Shown one piece after another: positions 38,554-46,174 of a DNA stretch of 64,000 nt. The stretch covers positions 2,016,001-2,080,000 of the forward strand of contig CAWDEM010000008.1 in assembly GCA_963801355.1 (NCBI GenBank), in the 5' to 3' direction. Numbering within the stretch: the stretch's first letter is position 1; every line of letters starts with the position of its first letter. This DNA is from Ignavibacteriota bacterium (lineage in GTDB: Bacteria > Bacteroidota > Ignavibacteria > UBA10030 > UBA6906). The translations under genes were made by a program, and so were the position numbers. The notes below the pieces were generated by a model, which saw only the letters and a program-made list of their open reading frames with translations, was not told where the DNA came from and did not search any database.

Positions 38554-39708
38554 TTAGTGTTGCCTGAACTGTACCGGCGCCCCGTCTTTCAGTGCTTTTT
38601 GTCCGAACGAGATTACCAGTTCGCCCTGGCTCAGACCATGCACCACCTGGATCAGATTGTTGCCCCGGATGCCGAGGGTGACAGAACGCAGCCTTGCAAC
38701 GCCGTCTTTCGCCACAAAAACCATGGGTATCGCACCATCCTCTACAAGGGATTCCTTGGCGATGGTCAGGACGCCTTTTGCGCTTCTGGCTTGAATCTCG
38801 ACACGCGCGAACATCCCGACCTTCACCGGGTCTCTCCCCGTATTCGGCACCACCACCTCGACAGGGTATGTGTGACCATTCGGGCTTTCGGATTTCGCTC
38901 CGACGGTGAAGACCTTGCCGGTGAACTGCTCTCCCGGACGGGAGTCGATGTGCAGCACGGCGGTCTGTCCGGCATGGAGCTTCACGACGTCCTCTTCAGC
39001 CACGCTCAGTTTCACCTTCAGGGATGATATATCGACGAGATTTGCAATCTCCATTCCGGGGCCGACCATTTCTCCGACCTCCACGCGGCGTGAGGCGACA
39101 AGGCCCGGGACGGGTGCCTTGATGCGCGAATCGCTCACCTGCCGGTCGGCGGCACGCAATGCGGCGACAGCTCCCTTGAACTGAGCCTCGGCCGACTGAT
39201 AGGCCAGCCGGTACCCCTCCAATTCGATATCTGCAACATCGCCCGAATTGAAGAGCATTTGCGTTCGCTCAAAGTCTTTCTTCGACTTCTCCAGGTTCGT
39301 TCTTGCGGCGAGCATCTGCGCCCGCGCCTGGTCTGCAGCCGCTTCCTTCAGCTCCGCGTCGACCTCGACAAGCGTTTGGCCTTGCTTCACGGCGTCGCCG
39401 ACTTTCACGTGCACTTTGAGGACTCTTCCGGCTGTCTCAGATGCGACCTTCACATCCCGCATCGCGGCGACGTTCCCCACTCCGGAAACGATGTCGGTGA
39501 CGTCGGCAATGCCTACAGGAGTCACTTCCACTGCTGTCGGCTGCGACACCTGCGGAGGATCCGCCTGTGAAGTCCGGGAGGTTACGATGAGCAGGGCACC
39601 GGCAGCGAGAACCACCGCGGCGACGGCAAGCAAGATTACGCGTCTGCGTGAAATCATTGTCTTTCCTGTAGTCTGTGTCGTCGTTCCAGAGTCCGGACGT
39701 GTTGTCAC
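38554..39708 (-). CDS. RND periplasmic adaptor (membrane fusion protein)
   Basis: N-terminal TM, lipoyl-like halves (VKVGDAVKQGQTL, IKAPVPGLV) and VGMFARVEI. Start could be ATG 39657. Confidence 0.93.
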   Translation of the reverse strand: MTTRPDSGTTTQTTGKTMISRRRVILLAVAAVVLAAGALLIVTSRTSQADPPQVSQPTAVEVTPVGIADVTDIVSGVGNVAAMRDVKVASETAGRVLKVHVKVGDAVKQGQTLVEVDAELKEAAADQARAQMLAARTNLEKSKKDFERTQMLFNSGDVADIELEGYRLAYQSAEAQFKGAVAALRAADRQVSDSRIKAPVPGLVASRRVEVGEMVGPGMEIANLVDISSLKVKLSVAEEDVVKLHAGQTAVLHIDSRPGEQFTGKVFTVGAKSESPNGHTYPVEVVVPNTGRDPVKVGMFARVEIQARSAKGVLTIAKESLVEDGAIPMVFVAKDGVARLRSVTLGIRGNNLIQVVHGLSQGELVISFGQKALKDGAPVQFRQH

Positions 39709-41102
39709 GGCGATACCCTCCCCAACGCACGGGCAAGCTGCACCTCTGCGATCCGGCGGTCGTACAATGCCGTTATGAATGACGCCCGTGCCGATGTATA
39801 CGCTGTTTGCACGTCGATGAGGTCCACATTCGACGCCCCTCCGGTTTCGTAACGACGGGTGACTGCGTTCAGAACGTCCAGTGCTTCCATCTGGCCCTTC
39901 CGGGTGATCTCCGTTCGCTTCACGGCAGAACGCAGGTTGAGCTCAGCACCGGTCGCCTGCATGAGCAGTCCGCGGCGGAATGATTCCACCTGCGTCTCCG
40001 TCCGGTGATACTCGGCCTTTGCTTTCTGCAGCTTGGTGTAATCGCCAAAGCTGTTGAAGATCGGCCACCGTACCTGCAGGGCAATTGCCCATGGGGCGAT
40101 GCCGTCCAGTTCAGGAGTGTCGTTCTTCTCCCAGCCGTATTGGAACGCCATGTTGACACTCGGCTTGAAATTGATCCACGCCTGGTCGACACCTGCATCG
40201 GCGAGGCGGAGGTTGGCCTGCATGGTCATCATTGAAGGGTGCGCTTCAAGAAACTCTCGTGAGGATACCGGGTCCGTCCCCCGGGCGGTCGCCGCCGCGT
40301 CCTCAGTACCGGCTGCAGGAACCATGACCGCTGCGGAGCCACTGTCAGCCTCAAGAGGTCTTTCGAGAACGAACCGGGAATTCATGTCCACCCCCATGGC
40401 ATTGTTCAGCTGCAAGCGGGCAAGCTCCAGACCGTTCTCCGCGTTGACCAGATTTCCTTCGTCTGATGCGAGCTGCACCTCCCACCGCAGGACATCCGTG
40501 CGCGTTCGCATGCCCATGCCGGCGCGACGCGTGGTCATATCCAGATGCCGTTTCGTCCGGGCCACGGCTTCCTGTGCGAGTGCAACAAGTTCTTCCGCTT
40601 TGAGCGCGGTGAAGTATGAGACCTTGACGGCTGCCACCACATCCTGCTCGGTATCCTGATACGCGTACACGCTCTTGTCCTGGGCGGCGTTCGCCGCACT
40701 CAGGCCGACGATCTCCGCGCCTCCATTATAAATCGGCTGCACCACAGTAATGTCGGTGGCATAGGTGTTACGATAGGCGAAGGGTTTGATTTCCGACAAC
40801 ATCTCCCGTGGGACCCCGAACGAGCCGGCGGCGGCTTTGATGAAATCAACAGCTGCATTCGCCCTCCGCTCCGAGGCGGGATCAATCCTTGTCACCCCGC
40901 CGGACAATTCCACCTTGGGAAGGAAGTTCGTGATGGCATTGAGCTTTCCCCAGTCGCCCGCATCACGGTCAAACGCCGCAGCACGAAGCGCCTGATTCTG
41001 TTCAAGTGCCGTCGCCACAGCGCGATCCAGGGTCAGATGATCCTGTGCGAAGAGCAGCGGGGCGGCCAACGGAAGTAGCGCGCACAACAACATGATGTTC
41101 AT
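39705..41102 (-). CDS. TolC-family outer membrane efflux protein
   Basis: Signal peptide, LTLDRAVATALEQN, QPIYNGG, YETGGASNVDLIDVQ and LARALG. Confidence 0.92.
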   Translation of the reverse strand: MNIMLLCALLPLAAPLLFAQDHLTLDRAVATALEQNQALRAAAFDRDAGDWGKLNAITNFLPKVELSGGVTRIDPASERRANAAVDFIKAAAGSFGVPREMLSEIKPFAYRNTYATDITVVQPIYNGGAEIVGLSAANAAQDKSVYAYQDTEQDVVAAVKVSYFTALKAEELVALAQEAVARTKRHLDMTTRRAGMGMRTRTDVLRWEVQLASDEGNLVNAENGLELARLQLNNAMGVDMNSRFVLERPLEADSGSAAVMVPAAGTEDAAATARGTDPVSSREFLEAHPSMMTMQANLRLADAGVDQAWINFKPSVNMAFQYGWEKNDTPELDGIAPWAIALQVRWPIFNSFGDYTKLQKAKAEYHRTETQVESFRRGLLMQATGAELNLRSAVKRTEITRKGQMEALDVLNAVTRRYETGGASNVDLIDVQTAYTSARASFITALYDRRIAEVQLARALGRVSP

Positions 41103-41116
41103 AGCCCGTGCCGTGA

Positions 41117-41833
41117 TTATGGTTGCTGTGAATCGTTTGTGACGATGCCGGGCTGACCGCGGTACGGTTGCACTTGAGGGTACATCTCAAGCCCTTTCCC
41201 GGTCATCATTGCCTCGACAAGTAAAGCGTTGGATTTGCGCAGTGTCTTCTCCAAATCGATACCGAGAGCATCTTTCCAGTAGTTTTCGTTTCTGTCAATG
41301 AGTCGAAGAAAACCGTTGGTGTTGGACCAGAGCATGATGCCTGTCTCAAGGGGATCAAGATCATCGTGGAGCAGCCCTGCATCGATACCTTTCCGGATGA
41401 CGGAAATGACCAGATCCCATAGCCTGCGTTCGACGATGAGGCATTGCTCCTGCATCCCTGTGGAGATCTGTTTGTGAAAATCCGGGCTTTCAAAGAAATA
41501 GAGCATGTGGAAGTAGTGCCGGTGATCACGGAAGAACCTGTAGTAACCCTCTGCCAGGTTCTCGATAAGCTTGATCGGGTTCTCGCCTGTCGAAACTGCT
41601 TCCTGCAGGATTCGATACATGACCTCCATGCCGCGGAGCGTAACGGCCAGATAAAGGTCCTCCTTGCTATGGTAGTAGAGATAAAGAGTCCCCTTGCTCA
41701 ACTCTGCGCTTTCAGCCACTTCATCCATCGTGGAGGCGCTCAATCCCTTTTCGATGAAGACTTTTTCGGCAGCACTTATGATTTCTTCTCTTCTGGCTTC
41801 TCTTTCGCGTTCTTTGCGTTCCGGGATTCCCAT
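41117..41833 (-). CDS. TetR/AcrR-family transcriptional regulator
   Basis: IISAAEKVF...TMDEVAESAELSKGTLYLYYHSKEDL HTH. Confidence 0.95.
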   Translation of the reverse strand: MGIPERKEREREARREEIISAAEKVFIEKGLSASTMDEVAESAELSKGTLYLYYHSKEDLYLAVTLRGMEVMYRILQEAVSTGENPIKLIENLAEGYYRFFRDHRHYFHMLYFFESPDFHKQISTGMQEQCLIVERRLWDLVISVIRKGIDAGLLHDDLDPLETGIMLWSNTNGFLRLIDRNENYWKDALGIDLEKTLRKSNALLVEAMMTGKGLEMYPQVQPYRGQPGIVTNDSQQP

Positions 41834-41852
41834 TGTTTTCCTCTAGGCGCAA

Positions 41853-41956
41853 TGACTACTAGTCAATTAATGAATACAAGTATAAGAGAACCAGGCGTAA
41901 TTGTCAATACACTAAAATATTAATTAAACATTAATAAATGGAATGACTAATAGTCA
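41853..41956 (-). promoter_or_regulatory. Sigma-70 promoter of the tetR-tolC-MFP-RND operon bracketed by two palindromic operators
   Basis: Minus strand TTGACA (41902-41907), 17-nt spacer, TATACT (41879-41884). Palindromes TGACTA-C-TAGTCA (41853-41865) and TGACTA-A-TAGTCA (41944-41956). Confidence 0.85.
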
Positions 41957-42040
41957 GCATACGATGGGAAAATTGGAAAGGTTGCACGATGAGGATAAGT
42001 AAAGAGAGGCTTAAAAGGCGCTGCGCGAGGGGTCTGACCC

Positions 42041-43126
42041 CTATTTGAACAACCACTCCAGGAACTTCTCTAATCCTTTATTCCGCCCAGAGTTGCGGTC
42101 TTGATAACGATCCCACTCAAGGTATTTTTCCCGCAAGGCTATGCCCACGGGCCCTACGTAAATACCGCCGTGCGCGAACCCGTCGTAGACGCGAACCGAT
42201 ATAAGGTTTTCCTTGTCGGGCAGAAGCTTTTCGCTCGGAATCGTGTACGCTCTCCAGCGCTGGTACTCATCCCCCCCATAAGAGTATTCCTTTCCCGTCC
42301 TGCCAATTCGCTCCCCGTTGAGGAAGACCTCATCAATATCATCAATCTTCCCAAGGAACAGAATGAGGTGCTCCCCCCTGAGCTCGGGATTCAGCGTAAA
42401 TCGCACCCGGTACCAAGCGTAACCATTGTATTCCGGGTGTCCCTGGGTCTCCCAATAGGCCGGAACCCTGATTTTTTCCCAGTCCCCATCGTCATACTGG
42501 ACCGTTCTCCACGTCATGTTGTCCCCGATCTTGAACTTCCATGTCCCCGGCAATGGCTGCTCAATTTGGATCGGGCGGGCAAGTTCTCTGATTGCCGGTT
42601 GACCGCCAACTATACCCCCTCCGAGTTCCGAATCGTAGACCCGCACAGCGATTACATTTGGTTTGTCCGGGCGCAAGCAATCTGTGGGAAGCCAGTAAAA
42701 TCGGTTGTGATTGTACGCTGTCTCATAATTCGGAGGAAACTGCCCCCTGAAACCAATGAACTGGCCGTTGACGTAGACTTCATCGACATCATCGATGACC
42801 CCGAGATCCAGGTAGAGCTGTTTCCCCAGCCAATCCTTGGGAAGGTTCACCGTTTTCCTGTACCAGGCATAGCCGTCGTATCCCGGAAATCCCTGTTCTT
42901 CCCACTGTGCCGGGACCTTCACTGTCACCCAACCGTCATCCTTGAACTTCGGATCGGCCCACGACTTGTCATCACCGATCTCAAACCGCCATTCACCGCG
43001 CAAATCGATGAGGCGCTGGTATTGTTGCGCATGAGCCCCGCTGCCCGTCCCCAGGATCAGGATGAAGGCGGGCAGCAGGTGGCGGAGTGTGAATGCTTTC
43101 CGAAGCGGCGAATTCGTCATGGCCAT
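42041..43126 (-). CDS. Secreted protein of two tandem galactose-binding-like (beta-galactosidase jelly-roll) domains
   Basis: Signal peptide and two copies of W.F.IGD...VPA.WE.QG.P.Y.GYAWYR...LG.IDD.DEV..NG...VRVYD...GGI. Confidence 0.82.
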   Translation of the reverse strand: MAMTNSPLRKAFTLRHLLPAFILILGTGSGAHAQQYQRLIDLRGEWRFEIGDDKSWADPKFKDDGWVTVKVPAQWEEQGFPGYDGYAWYRKTVNLPKDWLGKQLYLDLGVIDDVDEVYVNGQFIGFRGQFPPNYETAYNHNRFYWLPTDCLRPDKPNVIAVRVYDSELGGGIVGGQPAIRELARPIQIEQPLPGTWKFKIGDNMTWRTVQYDDGDWEKIRVPAYWETQGHPEYNGYAWYRVRFTLNPELRGEHLILFLGKIDDIDEVFLNGERIGRTGKEYSYGGDEYQRWRAYTIPSEKLLPDKENLISVRVYDGFAHGGIYVGPVGIALREKYLEWDRYQDRNSGRNKGLEKFLEWLFK

Positions 43127-43150
43127 TGGTCCTTGCTCAGGGCTCACGCA

Positions 43151-43585
43151 TTAGTGATCGGTGTTGGAGACCAGCGCCATCTGCAGGCGGGCCGCTACTG
43201 TGCTGAACAGATCTGTGCTATTGGCATACTGCCGGGCACCTTCTGCCTTGAAAAGCTCCGGGGAATCAAACACGAGGCTCGCGATATAGGCTTTGTACCG
43301 CACCGAAGGAGTCGTCCCCTCAGCGGCCAGCGTGCTGAGTTCTTGCTGCAAATCGGGGCACTGGAATTCCGGCACAAACAACTTCATTCTGATCAGGTGG
43401 CCGAGGGCTGATTCAATTACGCCTGCATTCCCGGACTTCAGGCATTCCGTGTAACGGCAGGCGACCTTCTGCAGATCCGTCTGCTGGTGTTTTTCGAGGC
43501 TGGAAAAGTACCCCGGCTGGGCTGAAGCGGTCATCACCGCCATGAGCACCATTGCCATCGTCGTCACCGCTACTCTCTGTTTCAT
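43151..43585 (-). CDS. Small secreted alpha-helical hypothetical protein
   Basis: AAGGAG RBS, signal peptide MKQRVAVTTMAMVLMAVMTASA, and HEAT-like CLKSGNAGVIESAL...VRYKAYIA. Confidence 0.72.
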   Translation of the reverse strand: MKQRVAVTTMAMVLMAVMTASAQPGYFSSLEKHQQTDLQKVACRYTECLKSGNAGVIESALGHLIRMKLFVPEFQCPDLQQELSTLAAEGTTPSVRYKAYIASLVFDSPELFKAEGARQYANSTDLFSTVAARLQMALVSNTDH

Positions 43586-43660
43586 GATTTGCTCCTTCTC
43601 GCCTTGTTGTGGGGGATTGTTCCTTGATCTGTACAAGGATACGCCCACAGGAGATCAAAG

Positions 43661-43698
43661 ATGTCCACAGAGAGTAACCAATTGTCACAAATTGTCAC
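43661..43698 (-). promoter_or_regulatory. Four phased TGTCA-like half-sites (OmpR/PhoB-type box)
   Basis: TGTCC 43662, AGTAA 43673, TGTCA 43683, TGTCA 43693 (AATTGTCAC repeated at a 10-bp period). Confidence 0.6.
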
Positions 43699-43712
43699 CG
43701 CGATAGGCGGGC

Positions 43713-44393
43713 TTAAACCACCAACTTGTATCCTGCGCCGTGAATCGTCAAAATGGCGCGTGGATGAGCAGGGTCCGATTCCACCTTCTGCCGCAACCTG
43801 AGGATAAAATTGTCCACCGTGCGTGTGCTGATGGATTCGTCATAGCCCCAAACGCCGCTGAGCAACTGGTCGCGTGTGACGGTATGATTGCGATGCTCGT
43901 AGAGAAATTTCAGGATGTCGATTTCCTTGGGTGTCATCGGCACCGCGACGCCGTCACGCTCTGCGGTGTAGGCTGAGAAATCCACATCCGTCCCACCGAT
44001 CGTCACTCGCTTCTCGAGGGATGAGGTCCCTTCCGAGCGCCGCAGGACGGCTTTCACGCGCGCAAGAAGCTCGCGCAAGCTGAAAGGTTTCGTGATGTAA
44101 TCGTCGGCACCGAGCTCGAGGCCCAGCACCTTATCCACTTCTTCACCTTTCGCAGTAAGCATGATGATCGGTGTGCGGACGCCTTTTGCGCGCGCCTCAC
44201 GGAGCACGTCATAGCCGGACTTCTTGGGAAGCATCACGTCGAGAATGGTCAGATCCCACGATTGATCCAGGAGGGCCCGCAAGCCTTCGTTTCCATCGCC
44301 CGCAACGGTAACTTCATACCCGTCGATTTCCAGGTTGTCCCGCAGGCCGATCTGCATTGCGGGTTCGTCCTCGATAATCAGAATTCGTGCCAT
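43713..44393 (-). CDS. OmpR/PhoB-family response regulator
   Basis: IIEDE, LDVMLP, GADDYITKPF and TRTVDNFILRLRQK...TIHGAGY. Confidence 0.95.
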   Translation of the reverse strand: MARILIIEDEPAMQIGLRDNLEIDGYEVTVAGDGNEGLRALLDQSWDLTILDVMLPKKSGYDVLREARAKGVRTPIIMLTAKGEEVDKVLGLELGADDYITKPFSLRELLARVKAVLRRSEGTSSLEKRVTIGGTDVDFSAYTAERDGVAVPMTPKEIDILKFLYEHRNHTVTRDQLLSGVWGYDESISTRTVDNFILRLRQKVESDPAHPRAILTIHGAGYKLVV

Positions 44394-44419
44394 GGTCTTC
44401 CGCCTGTCGCTCGCTGTCG

Positions 44420-46000
44420 TTAGACTGTCAGGGGCGGGAACAAGAGCCGCATGGTGGTCCCACTGTCAGGGATGCTCTCGAGCTCGATACGGCCGCCGTG
44501 CGCATCCATAATGTGTTTGACCAGCGATAATCCGAGGCCGCTCCCTTTCGTATCGTGTACGTATCCGCTCGGTACGCGGAAGAACGCTTCAAACACCTTC
44601 GTGTGGTATTGAGGGGCGATGCCGATGCCGTGGTCTTCCACTTCGACAAACACGGCTTGAGCCGATCGTGCGGCCTTCACGCGGATGAATTTCTCCGACC
44701 CGCTGTATTTCACGGCATTGTCCAGAAGATTGATGACCGCTTCGGCCACTGCCTCCCGGTCAAGGCGGGCACGAAGCTCATCCTCGGGCAATTCCACGAG
44801 GGGGGAATACCCGGCATGCTGCAGATGAGGAGCGTACGTGTTCACGACGTCGCGCACAACGTCGCGCAGGGAACAGGGCACAGGCTGGTACGGTTTGCGT
44901 CCGGCTTCCATGCGCGAGAAGTTGAGCAGGTTGTTGACCAGGTGGGTCAGCCGTTCGGTCTCACGGAGAATGGTGGCATAGTATTCCTGTTTCTTGTGCT
45001 CATCCTTGAGACGCCCCATCTCGAGTGTTTCCGCAAACATCCGGATCAGCGCTAGAGGAGTGCGCAATTCATGGGAGACATTCGAAACAAATGTCGATTT
45101 CGCCCGCGCAAGCTCCATCTGTCCGCGGACGTTGCGGTACACCAGTCCCACGCCCGCAAAGAGCAGGAGATTGAGGATGCCCACGAGCACGATGTTGCGG
45201 ACGAGGCGGCCATGGACGACTTCGTCGAGCGTGGCGCCGCGCGATCCTATGACGACTTCATGATCCGGGAACAACCAGAGGGCGCGCCGTTGCACGATTT
45301 CGTTCTGAGTTATCGGCCCGCTGGACGCGACAGCCGTCTGTTCCCCCTTCCGGAACACCGCGAGGGCGAACTCCTCCCCTGCGGCATCTTGAAGACGTCC
45401 CGCCAGAACAGTGGTGATAAATTCGTCCTCACGGAACAGCAGCCCGGAAAACTGCGGCAATGCCGTGCCGGAATCATTCGCGAACACCAGCGCGATTCGC
45501 TGCGCGGAGCCCGTCGCGCCTCGCAGGATGATGGGCTCGAGTTTGCGGTATTCGAGCGACCGGTAACGGACCAGCTGTTGCAGCGGCTCGCTCCGGGACC
45601 GGAACTGCGCCGCCACCGCGTCCTCCTGCCCCCGGGTCACCGCGGCCCCGGTGCGTACCGTCAACCTGAGATTCTTTCCCGCACTGTCTGCAGTCATCAC
45701 CGATTCGACGACCGGCGTTCTGCGCAGGAACGCCTGTACGCGTTCGTCCATGGAGGATCCCGGTTCCAGCATCTGCGTCTGGAGCATGGCCGCCCAATGG
45801 GCACTGACATCCCACGCATATTGGTTCAAGGAGTACAACACGACGTCAAGTTCCCGGCGATACAGATCACGCATGACCTGTTCACTCGATGAGTATGTGC
45901 CGATCTGGTACGCCGAAAGGAAGAGCACGGGAAGGAGTACCAGCAGCACAATCAAAAGCATCAGGCGCCGTGTTGCGCCCGGGGCACGGGGTGTGGCCAT
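44420..46000 (-). CDS. Membrane sensor histidine kinase
   Basis: Two TM helices, SHELRTPL, NLLDNAVKY, DHGIGI and GSGLGL. Confidence 0.94.
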   Translation of the reverse strand: MATPRAPGATRRLMLLIVLLVLLPVLFLSAYQIGTYSSSEQVMRDLYRRELDVVLYSLNQYAWDVSAHWAAMLQTQMLEPGSSMDERVQAFLRRTPVVESVMTADSAGKNLRLTVRTGAAVTRGQEDAVAAQFRSRSEPLQQLVRYRSLEYRKLEPIILRGATGSAQRIALVFANDSGTALPQFSGLLFREDEFITTVLAGRLQDAAGEEFALAVFRKGEQTAVASSGPITQNEIVQRRALWLFPDHEVVIGSRGATLDEVVHGRLVRNIVLVGILNLLLFAGVGLVYRNVRGQMELARAKSTFVSNVSHELRTPLALIRMFAETLEMGRLKDEHKKQEYYATILRETERLTHLVNNLLNFSRMEAGRKPYQPVPCSLRDVVRDVVNTYAPHLQHAGYSPLVELPEDELRARLDREAVAEAVINLLDNAVKYSGSEKFIRVKAARSAQAVFVEVEDHGIGIAPQYHTKVFEAFFRVPSGYVHDTKGSGLGLSLVKHIMDAHGGRIELESIPDSGTTMRLLFPPLTV

Positions 46001-46068
46001 CGGAACGGGAACCGGGTTATGGAGATGGTAATGTACGTGGCAACAGTCTGAGATACAACCGGGAACAT

Positions 46069-46099
46069 GTCAGCCTCCCCTTCGGTCAGCCTCCCCTTC
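46069..46099. repeat. 15-bp direct repeat in a divergent promoter region
   Basis: GTCAGCCTCCCCTTC at 46069-46083 and 46085-46099. Confidence 0.8.
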
Positions 46100-46174
46100 C
46101 GCCCCCGGACGAAAGAGTCCTTTCCTTTGGAATTTTTCCGTATATTTTCCGATATCCTCCCAAGGAAACCCGTC

